Source: Candidatus Kapaibacterium sp. (lineage in GTDB: Bacteria > Bacteroidota > Ignavibacteria > Kapaibacteriales > UBA2268). From it: a DNA stretch of 30,450 nt. Positions 9,611 through 17,583 of the stretch are shown here, piece after piece. Where the stretch lies: the NCBI GenBank assembly GCA_938038165.1, contig CALHRB010000339.1, positions 1-30,450 of the forward strand, written 5' to 3'. Position numbers and translations under genes: made by a program. The notes under the pieces are model-generated. The model was given only the letters and a program-made list of their open reading frames with translations. It was not told the DNA's origin and searched no databases. Positions within the stretch are counted from its first letter, which is position 1; each line of letters starts with the position of its first letter.

Positions 9611-9647
9611 TAAAAGCCCTGAAGAAACATCCTCGGGGCTTTTTTTA
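9611..9647. terminator. Bidirectional Rho-independent terminator between convergent genes
   Basis: TAAAAGCCCTGAAGA-AACA-TCCTCGGGGCTTTTTTT, with an A-tract on one side and a T-tract on the other. Confidence 0.8.
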
Positions 9648-9668
9648 TTTTATAGATTTTGTTGTTAA

Positions 9669-11510
9669 TCAGTGAATTGAAATCAAAGGAATAACAATTC
9701 TTTGGTCTTTATATTTAGCCACCAAAAAATAAAGACCCTGTATTGAGTTGAAATCAATCTTAATTGAACCTTCGCCTTCGGATATTAATCTATTTGTTTT
9801 ATAGTTCTGATTACCAAGTGCATCATAGACAGAAAATTCAACGATTTCAGATAGATCGCTTTTAGCAGAGTAATGAACGTTTAAATAGTTTATGAAAGGA
9901 TTTGGTGATATCCAAAGATTTAGAAGTTCATCCTTGCTTGAAAATTTATTATCATATACGGAAAGGCTCGAAACAACTTCTCCTACGAGTTCAACAAAGA
10001 AATCTTTTTCATTGAAAGCATCACTCGAAATTTTTATCAATCCTTTATAAACTCTTTCCTTAGGACGATAAGAAAATCTGACTATGAGCTTGACGGAATC
10101 TTTTGGTTTGATTGTTATAGGAACCTTAACAACCTGATGGAAATTGAAAGCATCATCATCGTTTTCTTCGATTTTCAGGTAGTTGATATTGAGATCCATA
10201 TCTCCGTCATTGCGAATATAAAAATCAATATCTTTTTTCAAATCAATTTGTTTGATTTTTCCGAAATCAACCTTTTTACCATAATTAGTTGCTATAATAG
10301 GACCTTGATTGCCTTTTCCGGCTGTACCGACGACATCAACATATCTGTAATCGGGGTTGGCATTTGTAAAAATTGATAGCTGGGCATTATAAAATTGCTT
10401 ATCCACTTTTGGGATGAAACGAACAATTACTTTATGAGATTGCCCTTTTTTCAAAGTTACTGGTTTATTGGGTTTTACCTCGCCACCTACTATCTGGAAG
10501 ACAGTATCTTCTTCCCACCAGGAAGTTTCTTTTATTATAAGATTTTCGGTTCCTATGCTTTTTAATTCCAATTCAATATCACGGGTTGAGTCAACCGGAA
10601 CGTGACCAAAATCAATTCTTAGTGGTTCAATGGAAAGAACAGGACCGTCGGGTGGAATATTTCCAAGAAGCCAAACCATAGCACGGTAAAGCAAAGATCC
10701 TCTGGGAATATCACCTGCAAAACCTTCGAAGCCCATACTCCAGGCTGCTATTCGTGACTTACCCCATTCAGCTTTAATTCCAACCAGGGTATCTGTTGCA
10801 TAAGCATTGTTCTTTCTGATTACATGATCAACAGGCTGGAAGATATTTCGATCCCGGGTTTGAAAGACATTAACACTCAAGTAATTTGCGAGAGGCCACC
10901 AAACCTCCGTTCCTGTATTGAATCCAATATTGCACCATTTAACTATGTTTTTTCCGATAGGACATTCCAAATCACCACGAATCCAAAAAGACCACCACAT
11001 CAGAGTATTGCCCTGAATGTGATGGAATGGAAGAACTCCGATATAGTTAATTCCGAGTGTATCCGTCAAAAACTTTTGAACTTCAGTGTTTTTTTCGCTA
11101 CTTCCAGCGTCAAAAGCATACCAAAGGAATTTTCTACCTGTTATCATAACATTTTTTCCTGCAACAATCATTTCCCTGATTTTCTGCAGAATGTTCAAAC
11201 CTCCAACGCTTGCGTTCAAAGGTAAATCCCCAAGAGGAAAAATGGCTAAATCATAATCTGTAATTTTATATTGACTGAATGTTGAAGTAGAAAAACTTGC
11301 CACCCTGGCATATTTTGCGTAAGTGTCTGTGTGTGCTTCGTCAGTGAAGTATTTGCCATAGGCTTCATCAGCAAATTCAGTATCGAAATTATTAAACAGT
11401 ATATACTTATATGGATTAACCTGTATCTTATCATTTCTCCCATCTCCTTTTGCTGAAAAGAAAGGAGATATCATAGTTAAACAAATAAGTAAAGGTAATA
11501 GCTTTTTCAT
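9669..11510 (-). CDS. Secreted protein: shared alpha/beta domain + 2 ASH/choice-of-anchor-D Ig domains + T9SS-like CTD (paralog 3)
   Basis: SD GAGGAGG upstream; signal peptide; IDFGHVPV...SIGTENLII and VDFGKI...RNDGDMDLNI Ig repeats; WISPNPF...YDALG...QGLYFL CTD. Confidence 0.75.
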   Translation of the reverse strand: MKKLLPLLICLTMISPFFSAKGDGRNDKIQVNPYKYILFNNFDTEFADEAYGKYFTDEAHTDTYAKYARVASFSTSTFSQYKITDYDLAIFPLGDLPLNASVGGLNILQKIREMIVAGKNVMITGRKFLWYAFDAGSSEKNTEVQKFLTDTLGINYIGVLPFHHIQGNTLMWWSFWIRGDLECPIGKNIVKWCNIGFNTGTEVWWPLANYLSVNVFQTRDRNIFQPVDHVIRKNNAYATDTLVGIKAEWGKSRIAAWSMGFEGFAGDIPRGSLLYRAMVWLLGNIPPDGPVLSIEPLRIDFGHVPVDSTRDIELELKSIGTENLIIKETSWWEEDTVFQIVGGEVKPNKPVTLKKGQSHKVIVRFIPKVDKQFYNAQLSIFTNANPDYRYVDVVGTAGKGNQGPIIATNYGKKVDFGKIKQIDLKKDIDFYIRNDGDMDLNINYLKIEENDDDAFNFHQVVKVPITIKPKDSVKLIVRFSYRPKERVYKGLIKISSDAFNEKDFFVELVGEVVSSLSVYDNKFSSKDELLNLWISPNPFINYLNVHYSAKSDLSEIVEFSVYDALGNQNYKTNRLISEGEGSIKIDFNSIQGLYFLVAKYKDQRIVIPLISIH

Positions 11511-11526
11511 TCCCTCCTCATGATTT

Positions 11527-13299
11527 TTATTTGATATAAATTATGGGTTTTGAATATCTTTGATTTTTGTTTTCTAATATTAAATAATACAATCCAGAGC
11601 TTAAATCTTTATTAATTTCATGTTTGAATTCCATTTGATAAAATGATTCAATAATATTTTCATAAACCAACTTTCCGTCTGCGGAAACTAAACTTATTTT
11701 TACTGGGGAGTTAATCGGATTTACTGAACTGATATAAATTTGAATTTTCTCGGTTACTGGATTTGATAAAACACCAAAATCGAACTCATTAAAATTGGCT
11801 GTGGTTACGTTACTCGGTGAAATTCCTTCGCCAGTGAGTTTAATTTGTAGGATGGGTGCATTCAAGGCATCTGAGTATATCATTAGTGTTCCATCATATA
11901 ACTTTTCTTCTTTTGGCTGGAAATAAACTTCTTTGATTTTTTTACTACCAGAAGGTATCTTTGCACTTCTGGTGCCGTCTCCAAAGAAAATTCCTGAACC
12001 TTCATCCAGTGCAAAAATACTGTCAATGATTAAAGTTGTATTACCACTGTTAATAATATCGAAAGACCTGGTGATTTTTTCGCCAACGGGAACTCTACCA
12101 AAATCTAATTTATTATCAGACAAGCTAATACTGATAATTCCGCCTGATCTTAATTCACCATTGCCAGTTAAATTTATAGCCTTTTCGGATTCTAATTGAG
12201 AATTTGATTTAATTATCAAAAAATCAGAGTAATATGCTTTTTCTTTTGGCTTAAAACTAATTGTTACGGTGTGGAGTTCTCCTGATTTAAGCGTAACTGG
12301 TTTGCCACCGTCTGTTATTGAAAAAGCATTTTTACCGCTGAAATTTTCGATCTCGATGGAAGAAACAATTAAAGGTTCGCTTCCTATATTCCGAAAGGTA
12401 ACTGTTGATTCGGAACTATCTCCAACGTAAACATAGCCAAAATTTACGTTTTCGTCTAAAGATTCAATTTGTGCGCCAGGCTGTGGTTCACCTTCAATGA
12501 ACCAGTTCAAAGCTCTTTCAATCAGGGAATAACGGAACGGGTTGCCCGCAATATTTTCAAAGCCATAGCTCCAAAAAACAATCTTTGAGTTTCCGATTTG
12601 AGTTCTTATACCAAGTAAAGTGTCAGTTAAAGGTGCTGGGTGAGACCTAGTAAAAATATCAACTGGAAAATATTTGTTTGGATCTTTGGTTTTGAAAACA
12701 TCAACATAAAATATTGTATCAAGAGGATAATAAGTTCTTGCTCCCTGAGTATATCCCTGATTACAGAATCTAACATCAGCCCTGCCGATGGGGTCTTTTG
12801 GGGCACCTCTGACAACGTAACCCTGAAAATAAATTGTGTTTCCACTTACGTAATGAACAGGCAACCTTTTTATGAAATCTATTCCAAGAGTATTAGTAAG
12901 AAAATTATTGACATCAGGATGTTTAACTTTGGAGTTTGGATCGAATTCGCCCCATAGTCCATTCTTTGAGATTATCATAACACTTTTGCCCGAATCTATC
13001 ATTTGTTTGATCTTATCAATGACATAATGCTTGCCTGTTGGAGTTCTTACGCTCAAAGGATACTCACCGAGAGCAAAGATTGCTACTTCATAATCAGTGA
13101 TGTTTATTAGGTCAAAAGTTTCATCGGAAAAAGGCAGGGATTCTAATTCTCTTCCGCAATAATACCTAAGGTTATTTTCGTATGCATCTGCATTGTATTT
13201 TGGGTCGAAATTGTTGAAATAAACATAATAACATGATTTTGTGTTGACAGATGGAATAAGAATTATAATCAGCGATAAGATCATAAATTTTATTTTCAT
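11527..13299 (-). CDS. Secreted protein: shared alpha/beta domain + 2 ASH/choice-of-anchor-D Ig domains + T9SS-like CTD (paralog 2)
   Basis: SD AAGGAG upstream; signal peptide; VNFGYVYV...RNIGSEPLIVS and LDFGRVPVG...NSGNTTLII repeats; SNPV...LSSGLYYL CTD. Confidence 0.75.
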   Translation of the reverse strand: MKIKFMILSLIIILIPSVNTKSCYYVYFNNFDPKYNADAYENNLRYYCGRELESLPFSDETFDLINITDYEVAIFALGEYPLSVRTPTGKHYVIDKIKQMIDSGKSVMIISKNGLWGEFDPNSKVKHPDVNNFLTNTLGIDFIKRLPVHYVSGNTIYFQGYVVRGAPKDPIGRADVRFCNQGYTQGARTYYPLDTIFYVDVFKTKDPNKYFPVDIFTRSHPAPLTDTLLGIRTQIGNSKIVFWSYGFENIAGNPFRYSLIERALNWFIEGEPQPGAQIESLDENVNFGYVYVGDSSESTVTFRNIGSEPLIVSSIEIENFSGKNAFSITDGGKPVTLKSGELHTVTISFKPKEKAYYSDFLIIKSNSQLESEKAINLTGNGELRSGGIISISLSDNKLDFGRVPVGEKITRSFDIINSGNTTLIIDSIFALDEGSGIFFGDGTRSAKIPSGSKKIKEVYFQPKEEKLYDGTLMIYSDALNAPILQIKLTGEGISPSNVTTANFNEFDFGVLSNPVTEKIQIYISSVNPINSPVKISLVSADGKLVYENIIESFYQMEFKHEINKDLSSGLYYLILENKNQRYSKPIIYIK

Positions 13300-13367
13300 T
13301 TCTGTCTCCTTTGTTAATAATTGAGACTTGCTTTAATTTAAATTTAGTATAAGTTTTTGATTATAAG

Positions 13368-13411
13368 TTGGGATGAATCCACCTGTTAATTTTCGATGGA
13401 TTCATTCCCAA
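13368..13411. other. Intergenic inverted repeat (stem-loop without U-tract)
   Basis: TTGGGATGAATCCA-N15-TGGATTCATTCCCAA forms a 14-bp stem with a 1-nt bulge between paralogs 1 and 2. Confidence 0.7.
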
Positions 13412-13444
13412 AGCTTCAATTATCTGCTAACAATAATTTTAAAA

Positions 13445-16204
13445 TTATTTGTTTATTATTACAGGCAAATTAACCTTTGCACCTTCAATATTTGCAATAA
13501 TGAAATAAACACCAGAGCTTAAATTTTCAATGTTAAAATCAATTCGGTAATATCCGGGATTTGTGGTTTGTTCAAATAGATTACTAATGAATCTGCCACT
13601 TATATCAATCAGCTGAATATTAAGATTTTTCGGGGTATTACCACCGAGGGAGAATTCTATTATACCATTAATGGATATTGGATTTGGAGTTGCCTTGATT
13701 TTAAACAAACCATCTTCGGAAATAGCTTCGGTAACAGAAGAGGCTACATCAGACTCACCAACTAACTGAATTTCGAAAACCGGGAAATTTTTAGCATTTG
13801 AACTAACTGATATAGTTCCTTCATAGGTTTTATTTTCTTCAGCAGGGCTGAATTTAATTGTAATAGACCGGCTGTCATCTTTTGGAACTGTACCGGGTTC
13901 GTTGCCATCAACAAATGAAAAAACTCCGTTATCATTTTTTGTGAATTTGATTTCGCTGATAACCAAATCGTCACTACCGGTATTAAAAAGCACAACATCT
14001 TTATTCATTGATTTACCAGGTTTGACCTTCGGGTTAATCCATTCAATTTTTTGTTTGTTGGCTGTGATTTGAGCACCGGCACCCGGAGCACCTTCGGCAA
14101 TAAGGTTTACGACTTCATCTTTTGCATTTTCAGCATTAGAAGTAATAAATATAGAACCATCATATTTCTTTGCAGCTTTTGGTGTAAATTTGACTGTAAC
14201 GGCTATCTGATTGCCCGGTTTAATGGTAATGGGGGTTGTTCCTCCTGCAGTTATTACGAAAACACCATCGGGGTCATAGTCCGGATCGTTATAAAGTTGA
14301 GAAATGATTAAGTCCTTGTCTCCGTCATTTTTAATCGAGAAAGACATTTCTTTTGAGCTGCCGACTTGAACTTTATCAAAATTCAATGTGGAGTTGGACA
14401 AAGTAATTTTCGGTCCACCGGAGGATGTGGTTGATGTGAGCCATTTCATAGCCTGAGATAGTAATTTAGCTCTTGCACCTTGATCATCAAAGGCTCCTAA
14501 TTCAAAACCACAATATATAACTTTAGAGAAACCATTATCAACTTTGAAACCTGCGATATCTGATGCTTTGTTATTGTAAGTGAAACAGGCTGTTGCCTTA
14601 CTGTTCGAAGGTATTGAAAATACGTCGGAAAAGAAGTTATAACCATTCTGAGGATTTGCATTACTCGGGGCGATGATATTCATACCCACAGGATCACTAT
14701 CAATTCCATTAACGTTATATCTGTTAATGCTAATATTATTACCACTGATAGTATATCTTTGATCGGCTCGAGTCCAATTTACTCCCAATTGGTCAGTAAA
14801 GAAAGACCTGTACTGAGCTGGGGCGTTGAATTGTGCGGTATAAGCATAAAATCCGTTGCAGTCAGAAAAGATAAGAACATTTTTTCTCATACTAATCATT
14901 GAACTTATAGTATTCAGCATTGAAATTGTCAGGGGATTAATTCCTATACTGCTGCCAGTAAAATATGAAGACGTGCTGAAGATAGCTACATCAAAATTTG
15001 TTGGAGGATAAGCCTGAATAGTCTCGTCGGCATATGGAATAACAGCCAGATCTTTGTTGTAAACTGATAACTGTGCAAAAGCGTTTATATAATGAGTTAT
15101 CCACGGATTATAACCGGAATATAGAGCATATTTTGTATTGTCAGTTAGTATATAAAAATCTGCGGTTGTGGGAGAACTTGCAGATGTTGTAATAGGAGTA
15201 GCTTTTACAACAATAGCAGCAAAACCGGCGTTATCTTTTGTTTTGACAGTTACAGTAACTTCGGTTGATGCATTTGCTGCAAGTGTTGTTGAAGTGGGGC
15301 TGACGGTTGCTGTCCAACCTGTTGGCAAAAAGCTTGACTGGTCAATAACAATATCGAATTTATAGCTTGACTTGTTGGGATTTGTTAATGTGATTTTTTT
15401 TGTTAATGTGTTATTTCTGGCTGAGGTAAGGAATCTGTCAGCAATTGTTTCAAATTTACCAGTAATCATACTTTGAGCAGCCTGATAAACTTCCTTGGTC
15501 CCATCATCCTGAATGAAAGCAACTATGTAAACCTTTGACTTATCCCAACTTGATTGTAGTGTGTAGTTTTGAGTGAATTTCTTTGTCTCGTTTGCGGCAA
15601 TAGAAATTGTTGTTCCATTGTGATCGGGAAGCATTCTTCTGACCACCCAGGGAAATTCTTTCTCTCCGTTTGATCCCGGTGGGGTGGTAAATACTACATT
15701 TTGTTCAACAACCGCAATTCTTAGCTTCTTGTTTGTTAATTCCTGTGAGGAGTGAACCTCAACTTCAACTGTTGCAGAGGAACCTGTTCTCGTTTCGGTC
15801 ACATTTATTGTGATTGGAGACATTTGACTCCTCAAAGCATTAACAGAAGATCCAATATTGGCGACACTGGCTGGATGACCGCGTACAGTTCCAAGGAAAA
15901 CATAATGTGGAACACCTGTAACATTGTAATACTGAGTCCTTCCGTTATGCATTGTTGGATTTTCAGCATTAAATGGATCGTACCCGGGGAAATTTGGGTG
16001 AAATGCTATTGGAATTAAAACATCCAAGTTATTTTTTACATAGCTATGGAAAGTTGGATTTGAAGCCGCACAAGGTCCGCAAGAGGCGTTAGTAAAATGT
16101 TCAATTAGACCTTTTTTAGGTGAGTCCGAAAAGCTTAAATGTGTGCAGAGAAAAAAAGCCAATGCAATCACTAATAAACTTGTAATGAGTTTGAAATTGT
16201 TCAT
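13445..16204 (-). CDS. Secreted Omp28-related protein (thioredoxin-like CGPC) + Ig linker + shared alpha/beta domain + 2 ASH/choice-of-anchor-D domains + T9SS-like CTD (paralog 1)
   Basis: KKGLIEHFTNASCGPC, YYNVTGVP, WVVRRMLPD and IVAFIQDDGTKEVYQA are Omp28-like. LNFDKVQVG...KNDGDKDLII and FNTGSDDLVISEI are ASH-like. CTD: TPNP...LIDISGR...LSSGVYFI. Confidence 0.8.
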   Translation of the reverse strand: MNNFKLITSLLVIALAFFLCTHLSFSDSPKKGLIEHFTNASCGPCAASNPTFHSYVKNNLDVLIPIAFHPNFPGYDPFNAENPTMHNGRTQYYNVTGVPHYVFLGTVRGHPASVANIGSSVNALRSQMSPITINVTETRTGSSATVEVEVHSSQELTNKKLRIAVVEQNVVFTTPPGSNGEKEFPWVVRRMLPDHNGTTISIAANETKKFTQNYTLQSSWDKSKVYIVAFIQDDGTKEVYQAAQSMITGKFETIADRFLTSARNNTLTKKITLTNPNKSSYKFDIVIDQSSFLPTGWTATVSPTSTTLAANASTEVTVTVKTKDNAGFAAIVVKATPITTSASSPTTADFYILTDNTKYALYSGYNPWITHYINAFAQLSVYNKDLAVIPYADETIQAYPPTNFDVAIFSTSSYFTGSSIGINPLTISMLNTISSMISMRKNVLIFSDCNGFYAYTAQFNAPAQYRSFFTDQLGVNWTRADQRYTISGNNISINRYNVNGIDSDPVGMNIIAPSNANPQNGYNFFSDVFSIPSNSKATACFTYNNKASDIAGFKVDNGFSKVIYCGFELGAFDDQGARAKLLSQAMKWLTSTTSSGGPKITLSNSTLNFDKVQVGSSKEMSFSIKNDGDKDLIISQLYNDPDYDPDGVFVITAGGTTPITIKPGNQIAVTVKFTPKAAKKYDGSIFITSNAENAKDEVVNLIAEGAPGAGAQITANKQKIEWINPKVKPGKSMNKDVVLFNTGSDDLVISEIKFTKNDNGVFSFVDGNEPGTVPKDDSRSITIKFSPAEENKTYEGTISVSSNAKNFPVFEIQLVGESDVASSVTEAISEDGLFKIKATPNPISINGIIEFSLGGNTPKNLNIQLIDISGRFISNLFEQTTNPGYYRIDFNIENLSSGVYFIIANIEGAKVNLPVIINK

Positions 16205-16324
16205 AGTTTATCCTACAATAAAATAAAAAAAATGATAATTTTTTTTATAACACAAATATAGTCAATAAAGTTACAAGAATTTTGTTATTTTTCAAAAAAA
16301 ATTAATATTAGATAATATATATTT

Positions 16325-17518
16325 CTAAGGAATTGCCATTACTCCAAGAATGGCTTTGCGAGATGCTCCGGTTGCCGACATAATATTTCCGTGCAAATTG
16401 CCAAGAGTTCTCCAAGCCAAATAAGCAAAACATAACGCTTCTTTTGCATCATAGGGGATACCAAAATCATCTGATAAAAACAATTCAACTTCAGGGAGTA
16501 ATGTTTTGATTCTATCAATAATGAATAAATTCTGAGAGCCACCACCAGATACAATTAATTTCCCTCTAGGCTTTGCATTTTTTCTGATATTTTCGCAAAT
16601 ACTCCAGGCGGTAAACTCTGACAAAGTACAAACAAAGTCGTTATAATCAAATTTATCAAGTCTAGCCCAGTTGATGATTGAGGAAATATAATCTTCATTG
16701 AAAAATTCTCTTCCCGTTGATTTAGGTGGGGATTTATGAACGAATTCATTTTGTTTCAAAACCTCGAATAAAGATTCAATTATTTTTCCACTCCTTGCAT
16801 GAAATCCTAAATCATCATAAGGTTGATTGAAGTATTTTTGCATAAAAATGTCAATCAAAACATTGCCGGGACCGGTATCGAAAGCAACAACGTCATCTTC
16901 TGAAGCATTGGCAGGTATGTATGTTATATTTGATATACCCCCGATATTTAGCATGGTAACATCTTCAGTTTGGCTTCTGAAAAAATAGTAGTCAAAAATA
17001 GGGACTAATGGTGCTCCTTGACCACCAAGTGCTATGTCAGCTGATCTAAAGTCGCCAACAACGGGAACATTTATAAGATTTGCAAGGTACGAGGCAGAGC
17101 CTAACTGCAAAGTATGTCCAATTTTTTCCTGATTCTTAACATCATTTGTTTTTGGTTCGTGCCAAACAGTTTGACCGTGAATGCTGATGGCATCCAAATC
17201 CAGTGCTGATAATGCGGCAGATTTGAGAATTGCTTTCACTGATATGGAATATAGTCTGGATAGTTCAGAATTCACAAAAGATAATTCAGAAATGCTTGAA
17301 TCTGATCTTATTATTTTGTGGATTAGTTGAGTTATTTTATCGGGTATTTCTGATTTATGCTGTTCGATTATTTCAAATTGATGTCTTCCGGAATTATCAA
17401 CTGAAAATGAGGCTAATACCGCATCCATTGAATCAACGGAAGTCCCGGTCATCAAGCCACAGATAATCCTTGGCTTCGAAAGCCATTGTTTTGAATTTAA
17501 TAAACTAAAATCTGACAT
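16325..17518 (-). CDS. anmK: Anhydro-N-acetylmuramic acid kinase
   Basis: GLMTGTSVDSMD, HGQTVWHEP, TLQLG, DFRSADIALGGQGAPLVP, LNIGGISNIT, FDTGPGN, PPKSTGREFF, SGGGSQN, KEALCFAYLA. Confidence 0.96.
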   Translation of the reverse strand: MSDFSLLNSKQWLSKPRIICGLMTGTSVDSMDAVLASFSVDNSGRHQFEIIEQHKSEIPDKITQLIHKIIRSDSSISELSFVNSELSRLYSISVKAILKSAALSALDLDAISIHGQTVWHEPKTNDVKNQEKIGHTLQLGSASYLANLINVPVVGDFRSADIALGGQGAPLVPIFDYYFFRSQTEDVTMLNIGGISNITYIPANASEDDVVAFDTGPGNVLIDIFMQKYFNQPYDDLGFHARSGKIIESLFEVLKQNEFVHKSPPKSTGREFFNEDYISSIINWARLDKFDYNDFVCTLSEFTAWSICENIRKNAKPRGKLIVSGGGSQNLFIIDRIKTLLPEVELFLSDDFGIPYDAKEALCFAYLAWRTLGNLHGNIMSATGASRKAILGVMAIP

Positions 17519-17532
17519 TTGAGCAAATCGAA

Positions 17533-17558
17533 AGCAAGGGGTTAAACAACCCCTTGCT
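17533..17558 (-). terminator. Perfect 11-bp hairpin between OPT stop and anmK start (weak terminator or mRNA-stabilising stem)
   Basis: AGCAAGGGGTT-AAAC-AACCCCTTGCT. On the minus strand only a short U run (UUU) follows. Confidence 0.55.
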
Positions 17559-17583
17559 ATTATCGTGAAAATGTAAAGAACAA

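Noticed and set aside
9669-16204. Diversity-generating retroelement or invertible shufflon acting on the paralog array
   Set aside because: No reverse transcriptase, recombinase, template/variable repeat pair or nucleotide-level near-identity was seen; the paralogs are old and diverged.
16253-16284. Bacteroidota promoter upstream of the Omp28-like gene
   Set aside because: A -7 match (TATATTTG on the minus strand) is present, but no TTTG at 19-21 nt spacing; too weak in AT-rich DNA.
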